Assembly (NCBI RefSeq): GCF_006345805.1
Contig: NC_043004.1
Span: 93,248,001-93,312,000 of the forward strand
DNA length: 64,000 bases
Reading direction: 5' to 3'
DNA from: Octopus sinensis
Lineage: Eukaryota
The notes under the pieces were generated by a model. The model saw only the letters and a list, made by a program, of their open reading frames with translations, was not told where the DNA came from and ran no database searches. Made by a program: the position numbers and the translations under genes. This document shows positions 1-11,999 of the stretch, one piece after another. Position 1 is the first letter of the stretch; the number at the start of each line of letters is the position of its first letter.

Positions 1-23
1 GGAGAACTCTAAAGTATCCGTAG

Positions 24-1019
24 TGGATCTTTTCATTTTGAAGGCCAGATTTTCCTAGTTAACTAAACAATTTGAAACTTCGTATACTGGTAGAATGTGT
101 CAAAAGAAAACATTATTGTAAACAAGATTGTAATTCGTAACTTAAACGTAGTTTAATTTTAAGAATTTTAACCAATGAAATCGCAGCATTCGAGCTCAAA
201 TTATTTACCTCTTCTTCTGTCTTCTACATGTACTAGAAATAACAGCTATATCTCTTAGATCGATTAATTTCGTCGCCCAATAAAAATATTAACGATATTT
301 TATGAATATTTTCTTTTTTTTTACCGGAAAGGCTTCTCCCATGGTTTTGAAGGGCCAGAAACAACAAAAACAAAACAATAATATGCCTAAATCGGTCTCG
401 AGTTTGCGCGTGGAGTGTGAGTAGTATTGTAAAAATTTGTGAAATATTTTTTCATAAAAGGATGCCCCCAGCTTGTCGGAAGCTGTGATATAAATTGGGG
501 AAAAAATCCTCGACACCAGTGCGTAATTGGTACTTAATTTATCGACCCCGAAACGATGAAACATTGACCCCCCCCCTTCTGGTTTATTTACCTTTTGTGC
601 AAATTTGTTGCGGCAAGTGGCAAAACACGAACGTGTAATGTATGCTTGTGTGCGTATGTGTGTGTATGTATGTCCGTTTGTATGTGTGTGTACGCTTATA
701 TATTAATTACTATGTGCTTGTGCAAATGTATATGCATGTGTTTGAGAGAGAGAGAGAGAGAGAGAGAGTGTGTGTGTGTCGTGCGTTTGCTATATTTCTT
801 TAGCAATATCGATAACGCAGCAATGCTGGGATTTCATTGGTTAAAATTCGAAGATGTTGGGATTTCATTGGTTAAAATTCTTAAAATTAAACTACGTTTA
901 AGTTACAAATTACAATTTTGTTTACAATAATGTTTACTTTTGACACATTCTACCAGTATACGAAGTTTCAAATTGTTTAGTTAACTAGGAAAATCTGGCC
1001 TTCAAAATGAAAAGATCCA
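24..1019. mobile_element. Non-autonomous DNA transposon with ~170 bp terminal inverted repeats
   Basis: 24-195 (tggatctttttcattttgaaggccagattttcctagttaactaaac...) is the reverse complement of ~850-1019. The interior holds a SINE fragment and microsatellites. No TSD found. Confidence 0.8.
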
Positions 1020-1608
1020 AAGTGGTTTCAATTAATGCAACACGAGAATATTTGCAGCTATAAAAGTTTTATCTCCTGAATCAGAAACGTTTTTAGAAGT
1101 CTCAAAATTATCTCCTATTTATGAAATTCGTGGGCATAAACTACTTGAATAGCTCATTTTATAAAGAATTGTGAGTTGCCAAACATTACATTTTAGAAAA
1201 CATTTCTTCAAAGAAGTTGATAGATATCCGAATCAGAGCTGAATCCCACTGCCAGTCTACGGCTTATATACATAGAGTGTGAAAACTATGTGCTGGTATG
1301 TCCGCATAATGCATACGTAAGAATAGACTCAAATAAGGTCGAGGTACGTGGTGTTGATAAGTCACAAACACGGTGAAACATCAATGTCCATCATTTCTGA
1401 ATGGGGCTTGGAGTAAGTTGTCTTCCCTGTCCATGAATTTCATGTGTTTTAACACCCGGTACTTTGAGAGAGTAGTTTCCACCACGAAAAGGTATTGAAA
1501 ATCTGTGATCCTTTTGGTACTATGTAGTGGTGTCTAGTTTGAGAGTTGGAATACCTTTCATTCTCAAAATTTGGCGCTAGATAACACACACACAAACTTA
1601 CATATATG

Positions 1609-2008
1609 TATTTCTTTACTATCCACAAGGGGCTAAACAAGGACAGACAAACGGATTGATTCGATTACATCGACCCCAGTGCGTAACTGGTACTTAATTT
1701 ATCGAACCCGAAACGATGAAAGGTAAAGTCGACCTCGGCGGAATGTGAACCCAGAACGTAACAGCAGATGAAATACGTATTTCTTTACTACCCACAAGGG
1801 GCTAAACACAGAGGGGAAAAACAAGGACAGACAAACGGATTGATTCGATTACATCGACCCCAGTGCGTAACTGGTACTTAATTTATCGACCCCGAAAGGA
1901 TGAAAGGCAAAGTCGACCTCGGTGGAATGTGAACCCAGAACGTAACTGCAGACGAAATACGGCTACGCATTTCGCCCGGCGTGCTAACGTTTCTGCCAGC
2001 TCGCCGCC
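1609..2008 (-). mobile_element. tRNA-derived SINE family A, head-to-tail dimer (full copy 1778-2008 plus 5'-truncated copy 1609-1777)
   Basis: Head ggcggcgagctggcagaa.cgttagca, core gtcgactttgcctttcatcctttcggggtcgataaattaagtaccag and tail gtgggtagtaaagaaata. The same family recurs more than 10 times in the window. Confidence 0.85.
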
Positions 2009-2529
2009 TTTAACATACATATATATCATTATCATCATCATTTTAGCGCCTACTTTTCCATCCGCGCGCTGTTTAAACAGTTTCCTGTCGCCAACCTTCC
2101 GGAGTTTCCAAGCAAGGTCATATTTTCCCGTGGCCAGATATGATTATCGCGGAATATTGGAAATGAACGACACCACTTCCATAACGGTGACATTCGTTTA
2201 AAACTTATCATATGATGTCAAGGGAAGGAGATAGTATCGTCTTCATACATATGTGTGTAAGATGCAGGCATGGCTGTGTGGTAAGAAGCTTGCTTCCCAA
2301 TGACACGGTTCCGAGTTCAGTCCATTGAATAGTACCTTGGGCAAGTGTCTTCTTCTACAGCTTCGGACTGATCAAAGCCTTGAGAGTGGAATTGGTAGAC
2401 AGAAACTGAAAGAAGTGCGTCATGTCGGGGTGCGTGGCGTTCAGTTATTTCATAAAGGGAAACTGCATTAACTACTACAAAACGTACACGTAGGACAGAC
2501 ACACGGAACCTAGTCCTTCCTCAGTAATC

Positions 2530-2830
2530 CACCAAAAATACTAATACCCAGTTTCATGCCTTTAACGATAAGACTGGTTGCAATGTGACTACATCGTCAT
2601 TCTACTGCGTAACGCAACAGAATGACAATCCATCGCCAACAGATCCGAAACAAAAGCACAAGAAAATTTCCGTTAAGCAGTCACATTGCAACCTGTGAAG
2701 GAATGATCTAACCAAATTTCAAAATATTTCCCCCCTACAAGTACTCAGATTCTTTCAACCGACAACAAAGACTAAATAAAGAAAGGCAATTTATTAACAA
2801 GTATAAACTAGTTAAATATAGAACCAACCA
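2530..2830 (+). mobile_element. Degenerate GIY-YIG endonuclease fragment, probably from a Penelope-like retroelement
   Basis: With frameshifts and stops it reads TGCNxDYI(G)HSTA*RNRMTIHRQQIRNKSTRKFPLSSHIATCEG...NFKIFPPYKYSDSFNRQQRLNKERQFINKYK, which fits the C..C...YIG...R.RM..H pattern. Confidence 0.55.
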
Positions 2831-3579
2831 CTACCAACCAATAAATAAGAACAGATACTTAAAAACAATTTTATACATATTATCGTTTTGCAAAATACTT
2901 CCCATCATTTCCTAAATCTTTTTTCCAATATATATATATGCCCGCACACACACACAAACACAAAAAAGAAAACATAGCAAAAACACACACAAAAGAAAAT
3001 ATCACAAAAAACACACTTACACACACAAGAAAGCATCACAAAAAACAACACACACAAAACATCGTAAAAAAAACACTCACACAGCTGGTGACACTCAAAA
3101 GAATACATCTAACCCAAAGGAAAATACTTATTCATCACAATATACACACCCATCAAGACACAGCTGGTCACATTCCAAACATATTGAATGGACATTCAAT
3201 ACAATACACACAGGTGGATATAAAACCCATCCAATAAATACTTTTTAGCCACTTCCTTGGCAGGAATACACAAAGATTTCTTTTAGACAATAGACAACTA
3301 CACCCCATCTCTTACTCTAACACTTTGAACTCTGTACCAAACTATATTTAAAGACTTCAACGAAAAATTTCCAGACATGTTCTTGACCTCCATACAGAAG
3401 ATAAACTGTATCTACTTCAAATTTTTATAAACTTTTACTGATATATGATAAAATGGGATTCATCATCGAAACTGGTAATAGTTTCTTTATATAATCCTTA
3501 GATTAATTTTTATTAAATTCCTTCTTAAATTGAAATGCCTTAGACTTACTTCTGTGATATTTCCATCTCCACCATTATA

Positions 3580-3865
3580 TCTTTATATATAAAAGTGAAG
3601 TTGTGTGAGTGTCTGTCTCCTACCATTTAGATTCCTAACTACTCCCACATTTTGCGGTGCAGATTAACCAAAAGCGGGTATCTTATAGTCGTGATTCATA
3701 TCGAGCCCTTCTGGGTATTAGCGCGCGTCTACTAAAAAAAATTTACCATCATTTTTTCCCATTTCTAATGCATTTTTTGCTATTATATAAGGGAAGTAAC
3801 TCTCTAAAAATGCTTATATAGTTATTTCCCTTACAAACCCGAGCAACACCGGACGATACTGCTAG
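3580..3865 (+). mobile_element. Non-autonomous Helitron (286 bp)
   Basis: 5' TC (A|TCTTTATATATAAAAG), a subterminal GC-rich imperfect hairpin (ccgagcaacaccgg), 3' CTAG|T, inserted in an AT dinucleotide with no TSD. Confidence 0.8.
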
Positions 3866-5129
3866 TTTATATATATATATATATATATAGTTAATCCAAA
3901 CATGAAAGCACAGAAAAACACAACAACGCGAGGATGTGGAACAAATATAGTATTATTGGACGCTTAGGAAAGAAGGAGGGTTTAACATTTCTAGCAGAGC
4001 TCTTCATCGGAAACATAGAAGGAAAGATCCACAAAAGGGAAGACAGAGGGGAAAAAATCGCCAACGCTACACACACGGTCATATATATATATATATAACA
4101 GAGTATTTTTCACATAATCGTACCAATGTTGTTAAATAGACTGGGTTTTCTATGGAGTGCTTTAGCTACAAACACAATTGGATGATGGAATACGTTGTTC
4201 ACTTTTGAATATAGCTTGGATATCTACCCTAGATACACCACATCGTATTGTCCAGTAATAAATTACTAAACAAATTAGAATAGATTCTATTACAGCTGGT
4301 CTCTCATCTCATATTTGTATACTCGCCTGAAAGGCAACCAGCTGGCAGAATCGTTAGCACACTGGGCAAAATGCTTATCGGCATTCCGTCTTCATTTTCC
4401 AGGTTCAAATGCTGCCAGGGTCGATTTTGACTTTCATTTAAGGGATCGATAAAATAAGTACCAGTTGAGCACTAGGGTCGATTTAGTCCCGCCCACAAAA
4501 TTTGAAATCAGCATTTATATATACATATATGATCATTATCATTTTACATCAATTTTTCCATACTCACATGGATTGAACTTCTTTAACTCACCTTGCTACA
4601 TGTGACGGCTCCTTTCTTATGCCTCATACAAGGTTCCCCATTCTAAGATCACCCCTCACTAACTCATTCTTCTTTAATCCAATTGCCATATTCCACAAGT
4701 ATCGTGTGTATATTAAGGCAGTATCATTCATGTTCGATAATTTCACACTCCAGCAGAATATGCTCACCTCAATTCTTTCCATTTTCACAAATCTTCTAGA
4801 GCTGTGCTTTTCAAACTTTTTGCTGGAGCGGAACCCCAAGGAAACATTCCACTGGCTCGAGGAACCCCTGTGCAATAATTTAAGTCTTATGCACAGGAGA
4901 ATTAAAAATTACTGCCGATTTTAGCAGTTTTCTAACTTCTTGCGGAGCCCGTGGACTGTACTGCCGGAACCCTGGTTGAAAACCACTGTTCTAGAGATTT
5001 CTTTTGTTACCTGCAGAGGAAAAACCATTTTTTCTTACCTTTTTTTTTTTATTTCCAACATGGTTCTTACTCTGGCTCTTATGCTTTCATAACATATACT
5101 GCCACTGTTTAAAATATCACCTACATAAG

Positions 5130-5320
5130 TGATAGGTGCAAACATGGTTATGTGGTTAAGGAGTTTGCATCCCGATCACATTGTTTGGGTTCAATCACAC
5201 TGTGTAACATTGTGCAAATGTCTTTTACTATAGCCCTGGGCTAACCAAAGCTCTGTAAGTGAATTTGGTGAACAGAAACTGAAAGAAGCCTGCCGCACGC
5301 ACATACACACACACACATAT

Positions 5321-5357
<37 letters not shown>

Positions 5358-5575
5358 GTTACTGTCTCCTTGTCTTCATATCATAGCATCACCCTCAAAC
5401 AAGCAGTGTTCTTCGTTTCCAATCTTCCATGAAAACATCTGGTTATGAGGAAATATTACCTTACTTGGAAACAGGTGAAGGTTGACAACAGAAAGAACAT
5501 CTAGCTGTCAACAAAATCTACTATAAGAAATTTCATCTGATCCATACGAAGTGGATGTTAAAACAATGATGATGT
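5130..5575 (+). mobile_element. Decayed SINE with a family-B head and an RTE-like (GAT)n tail
   Basis: Head ggttatgtggttaaggagtttgc...gggttcaatc, a central microsatellite, then ggaaacaggtgaaggttgacaacagaaag...gttaaaacaatgatgatg. Confidence 0.6.
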
Positions 5576-5639
5576 AACAGAAGCTGTCAATTATTAGGAA
5601 GTACAGAAAGGAATTAATTTTTTACTCATTTTTGTTGTT

Positions 5640-5930
5640 CTTACTTCTACTCTGCATTTGCTATATACTAAGTCCTCCTCCTCTCTTAGGCTGCCTGTGA
5701 TCTCCACTTCATTGATTGTCTCCATACTTTACATTGAGTACCATCCAGAATTCTTACTTATCACCATACTGAGTATAGTCATTTTCGAGAAGACTAGCAT
5801 CCTGCTTTCTGTCCTGTTGACAAAACTTTTATCTTTGTTAGGTTTACTCTCAGGACATCTGATTCTCAGCTCTGCTTGCACCTTATGAATCTCTATCCTT
5901 CTGACATATTCAGTTTTGACTAGGTTAATG
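5640..5930 (-). mobile_element. Highly decayed RTE LINE fragment
   Basis: A minus frame reads VLRVNLTKIKVL followed by a decayed Cys-rich segment (TQCKVW). It resembles the GLRVNLAKTKVL region of the RTE at 28 kb. Confidence 0.4.
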
Positions 5931-6214
5931 TCATGGTGATGATGATAGAAAAATTTACCACATTTCATGGCATGCAAAATGCACATTTTTCAGAAAAATG
6001 TGTCGAGAACAAAAAAAAAAAATTATTTTGGGCCCAGTAGCAAATCTAAGATTTAATGTACTAAAAATTCTTTTCTTGAAAAGGTTCTATTGAAATTAAG
6101 ATGCCCATGTGTCTTTCATGCTATCAAATATAGTACTTTCACACACACAGACACTAGCACCATATATATATATATATATATATCGATCAACATCAATGGA
6201 AATTGTAGCTGTGA

Positions 6215-6565
6215 TACCAGTGCCGGTGGCATGTAAGCGAGCCATCCAAACGTGGCTGTTGCCAGCGGCACATAAAAAGCACCATCCGATCGTGGCCATT
6301 ATCAGCCTCGCCTGGCCCCCGTGCCGGTGGCACGTAAAAAGCACCATTCGACCGTGGCCGTTTGCCAGCCCCGTCTGGCACCTGTGCCGGTGGAACGTAA
6401 AAACCACCCACTACACTCACGGAGTGGTTGGCGTTAGGAAGGGCATCCAGCTGTAGAAACAATGCCAGATCAGACTATGCCTGGTGCAGCCTTCTGGCTT
6501 CACAGACCTCAGTTGAACCATCCAACCCATGCTAGCATGGAAAGCGGACGCTAAATGATGATGAA
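6215..6565 (+). mobile_element. Retroposon family C (RTE-tail-like) with four internal ~60 bp subrepeats
   Basis: Repeated gtgccggtggcacgtaaaaagcacc units, then ggagtggttggcgttaggaagggcatccagctgtagaaac...catggaaagcggacgctaaatgatgatg. Confidence 0.75.
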
Positions 6566-6674
6566 ACTACAGCCTAGAAGACAAGCCTCATCATAGAAGG
6601 TCTGTAGAGCTCAACAAGAAATGATAGACTTCTTTTAGTTTTGGTTCATCAAATCGGTGTAACCCTGGTTTTTA

Positions 6675-7343
6675 AGCACCCTATGTAACCCCTCATAACT
6701 ATTTTTTATGTTTTTAGAATTTCCAGGAAATTTTTGCAAATCTGTGTTCTACACATGGGAATTTATACCATTGTGCAAAAAAAATTCCACCCTTTTTGGA
6801 AACTTTTTAAAAATCAGAGTTCAAAACACAGACAATCTGATTTTTTTGGCTTAAATCCCAGCAATGGACTACCCTTGGCTGCATCATCATTCCATTAAAT
6901 GAGTTTATGGGGAGAAAAATATTGGTCTCAAATTTTGGCATAAGACCAACAGCTTTGGGGTGGGGCTAAGTCAATTAAATCAACCCTAGTGTTCAACTGG
7001 TACTTAGTTTATTGACCCCGAGAAGATCAAAGGCAAAGTCAACTATGGCAGGATTTGAACTCAGAACGTGAAGACAGACGAAATCCCGCTAAACATTTTG
7101 TTTAGCATGCTAACGATTCTGCCAGCTGGCCAACTTCTGGGGAGAAAAATATTGACAAAGAAATGAGGAAGGTATCAGGTGATCATGAGATGTGCTAAAA
7201 AAAAAAAAGCTAAATCACACACAAAAACTTTTTTCCATGATCATATGAATTTTCGTGTGTAGAATGCAAATTTGCAGAACTTATCGGAAAATTCCCAAAA
7301 CTTTAAAAAAGAAACTTATGCGGGGTTAGTTACATGGAGTGCT
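6675..7343. mobile_element. TA-flanked MITE (Tc1/mariner-like) interrupted by a SINE
   Basis: TA|AGCACCCTATGTAACCCCTCATAA ... TTATGCGGGGTTAGTTACATGGAGTGCT|TA form imperfect TIRs with a TA duplication (6673-6674, 7344-7345). Confidence 0.65.
6925..7137 (-). mobile_element. SINE family A copy with 17 bp TSD
   Basis: TGGGGAGAAAAATATTG at 6908-6924 and 7138-7154 flanks a diverged family A sequence. Confidence 0.8.
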
Positions 7344-8159
7344 TATACCAGAATTTCAACCTCAAATCTACTGACAGGGCTTTGATCAACCATAGGCTAT
7401 AGTCGAACACTATGTGCCATGCAGTGGAGCAAAACGAGAAAACCTGTGGCTTGAAGAGAACTTCTTAAACCACAGAAACATGATTGTGCTAATAAGAGAT
7501 TACATCAGTATGATTTGAATATCAAACAGAAATCACGGGAACGAACACCACAAAGGTATTTGTGACAAGAGGAAATAACAAATAAAAAATATATATATAT
7601 ATAATATATATAAAAAAAACACCAAAGTCCTTTTATTTTCTGTTTTGTTCAGCTTTGCTTACCTCATTTAATGAAAACAACAATATATACCCAATATAGA
7701 AGATTAAAAAGTTTGATGGGTGTGGTAAGTGTGTAAAATGTGTGTGTGTGTGTGTGCGTGTATGCATGTGTGTGTGTAGACCTATCTTTGTGTGTAAACA
7801 TGTCTGTCCCTTAGTGCATATATGGTTTTATAAATATATACATATATATATATATACATATACACACACATATATATATATCATCATCATCATCATATAT
7901 ATACATAAATATAAAAGTATATATTTGTAGGTATATGTATTTATGTGTATATATATATATATATACACATACACAAACCATTATGTGTGTAAGCATGATG
8001 TGGTGCAAGTCTGTATTCATACATTATATGTATAAAGATGTGTTCAGGACAGTTGCAGGAGAAAAAGTAGGGAAGGAATGAAGAAAAAAAAGGCACAAAT
8101 TAATGTTTTTCACAAGCCTGTGTTTGTGTATCTATGTATATATAAATATGTATACAAGA

Positions 8160-8661
8160 GTGTGTCTGTGTATGCGTATATGTATATATATATATATATG
8201 TACATCTTAGATGTATATTTATTTATCTATTTATATATATATATATACATATACACATATATTCATACATATATACATATAAATGTATATTCGTACACAT
8301 ATATATATACATATATTCATATAAATATATATCTACGTATACATATATACACACACATATATATATACATACACATATATATATATACATATGCTTATAT
8401 ATATATATATATATACATACATACATATACATATGCTTATATATATATATACATACATACATATACATATGCTTATAATATATATATATATATATACACA
8501 TACATACATACATATACATATATATATATATATATATATACACATACATACATACATATACATATATATATATATACATACATATACACATATGCATATA
8601 TATATATAGATATATATATATACATACAACATACATACATATACACATATGCATATATATA

Positions 8662-8692
<31 letters not shown>

Positions 8693-8844
8693 CATACATA
8701 CATACATACATATACACATATGCATATATATATATATATAATATATATATATATACATACATACATACATACATATACACATATGCATATATATATATAT
8801 AATATTATATATATATATATATATAACATACATACATACACATA

Positions 8845-8889
<45 letters not shown>

Positions 8890-8922
8890 TATACATACAT
8901 ACATAACATACATATACACATA

Positions 8923-8957
<35 letters not shown>

Positions 8958-8959
8958 CA

Positions 8960-8990
<31 letters not shown>

Positions 8991-9532
8991 GCATATATAT
9001 ATATATATATAAATATACATACATACATACATATACACATATGCATATATATATATATATATATATATACAGATATGCATACATATGCATATATATACAC
9101 ACACATACATATGCATATACATATACATACATATATACATATGCACATATATATATATAATATATATATATATATATTACACACACACACATATATACAT
9201 ACATTTACCTATATATACATACACATATATATATACATACACATGTATACATAAATATATACATACATACATATATATACATACATGCATACATACATAT
9301 ATATATACATACAAACATATATATACATATACATTTATATATATACATACATATATAGATATATACACATACATTTATATATATACATATATATATACAC
9401 ATAGATACATACATATACATTTATATATATACATACATTTATATATATACATACATATACATATATATATACATACATATACATATATATATACATACAT
9501 ATACACACATGTATAGATATATACACACACAT

Positions 9533-9572
<40 letters not shown>

Positions 9573-10155
9573 ATACATACACATACATATATATACTTAC
9601 ATACACATACATACATACACATACATACACATATATATACATACATATACATACACACATATGTATAGATATACACATACACACATATGTATAGATATAC
9701 ACATACATATATATACATACACACATATGTATAGATATACACATACATATATATACATACACACATACACATACATATACATATATATATATATATGTAT
9801 ATATTCTTATCTAATTGGTGGTGTGGGAGAGAAAGTGTGCGTGAATGTGTGTCGATGTGCATATACATATTGGTGTTTGGACATGCCTTTGTGTGAAAAT
9901 ATCGACACAGGCATCTATATGAATACAAATATTTTCTATTTATGTATATTCATGAATACATATATCAAATATATGCACATTCATAAGAATATGTAACATG
10001 CATGTGGGTATGTATACACACACACACTCATACATATATACATTCATATATATATATCTATATATATATATATACACACATACATGTATACATGATACAT
10101 ATACATATGAATATATACATATATATATATACATGTGATTGATATACACACACAC

Positions 10156-10186
<31 letters not shown>

Positions 10187-11206
10187 TATATGTAAATACA
10201 TACGCAAACATGTGTGCATGGTGCTCCAGAATGGCCACGGCTCCTGAGCTGAAACTGGTGAAAGAGTAATATATATTGGCACACATACTGACACACTCAC
10301 ACACATACATAAATGTACATATGTATATAGATATATGCATATGAATAAATATATATACTTACATATACATACATATATATATATAAATATATATCTGCAT
10401 GGATATTTAATAACATGCATAAATATATATACATAAATACTTATATATATACATATACACACACATAGACACCCTCCCACACACACGTATAAATACACAC
10501 ATACATATTAAGCATATACATGTATGTGTGTGTATATACATAGATATGTGTATATATATATATATATATACATAATATATATGTATATATACATACATAT
10601 ACATATGTATATATATACACATATATACATACCTATACATATGTATATATATACACATATATGTATATATATACACATATATGTATATATATACACATAC
10701 ATGTATATATATACACATGTATATATATACACATGTATATATATACACATATATGTATATATATACACATGTATATATATACACATATATGTATATATAT
10801 ACACATATATGTATATATATACATGTGTATATATATACATATATGTATATATATATACATGTGTATATATATACATATATGTATATATATACATATATGT
10901 ATATATATACATATATGTATATATATGCATATATGTATATATATGCATATATGTATATATATACATATATGTATATATATACATATGTGTATATATATAT
11001 ACATATGTGTATATATATATACATATGTGTATATATATATACATATGTGTATATATATATACATATGTGTATATATATATACATATGTGTATATATATAT
11101 ACATATGTGTATATATATATACATGTATATATATATACATGTATATATATACATATATGTATATATATACATATATGTATATATATACATATATGTATAT
11201 ATATAC

Positions 11207-11242
<36 letters not shown>

Positions 11243-11478
11243 GTGTATATATATATATATACATATATATATACATATGTGTATATATATATATATACAT
11301 GTGTATATATATAATATATATATATACATGTGTATATATATATATACATGTGTAAATATATACATATGTGTATATATATACATATGTGTATATATATACA
11401 TATGTGTGTATATATATATACATATGTGTGTGTATATATATATATACACATATATACATGTGTGTATATATACACATA
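8160..11478. repeat. Compound TA/CA/TACA micro- and minisatellite field (~3.3 kb)
   Basis: Nearly pure purine-pyrimidine alternation. Includes 7 perfect 20 bp units ACATATGTGTATATATATAT (10981-11120) and ~6 near-perfect 18 bp ACATATATGTATATATAT units just upstream. Confidence 0.97.
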
Positions 11479-11571
11479 CCTACTTTGGTTTATATACAGA
11501 GATCTCTATTTCCAGTTGGTTTCCTCATCTCATACATAGACGTTCCCATTTGTGAAATTGTGCTCAGAACA

Positions 11572-11885
11572 TCAGGCAGACACACTAGTCACTTTACTCA
11601 AGGTGTTTGCATACTGAAACTGGTCACCACTCTCGCTGATGTCCAGAGCCACCATACAGCTTTCACGGACAATTCTTTCCTTGTCTGATAAATATTTAGC
11701 CAGAAATTCAGTGCACTCAGATGTTCCTAGTGCGCCTAATGCCTCAGCACACTCATGCCTCACCATGGGATCTTCATCAAGTTTCTCCACTACTTCCATC
11801 AGTGATTTTATTGAGATTGGGTTCTGAAGCTGTCCAAGAACATAAGCTATCTCGTGTCGAAACAGAACATCTGAAGAGGAGAATC
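11572..11885 (-). CDS. DOHH: DOHH coding exon 4 (terminal, TGA stop)
   Basis: Acceptor ctgtctttttag|GA. Encodes (G)FSSSDVLFRHEIAYVLGQLQ...DPMVRHECAEALGALG...VRESCMVALD...FQYANTLSKVTSVSA*, with His217-Glu218 and His250-Glu251. Spliced total is 933 nt = 310 aa + stop. Confidence 0.96.
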
Positions 11886-11999
11886 CTAAAAAGACAGAAG
11901 GGTAAAATGAATTTTTAAAAAATAAAAAAGTCTATCATTTAAAATTCTTTTATTATTCTTAGCCATCAGCTTGTTGCCATGCAAGAGCACAAGGTTTAA

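Noticed and set aside
2938-3237. 99 aa H/T/K/Q-rich ORF
   Set aside because: Low-complexity CA/A-rich sequence next to the GIY-YIG relic.
7742-11555. Many long overlapping ORFs (up to 360 aa) rich in Y/I/H/T/C/V/M
   Set aside because: Translations of TA/CA microsatellite, which lacks stop codons in most frames. Not genes.
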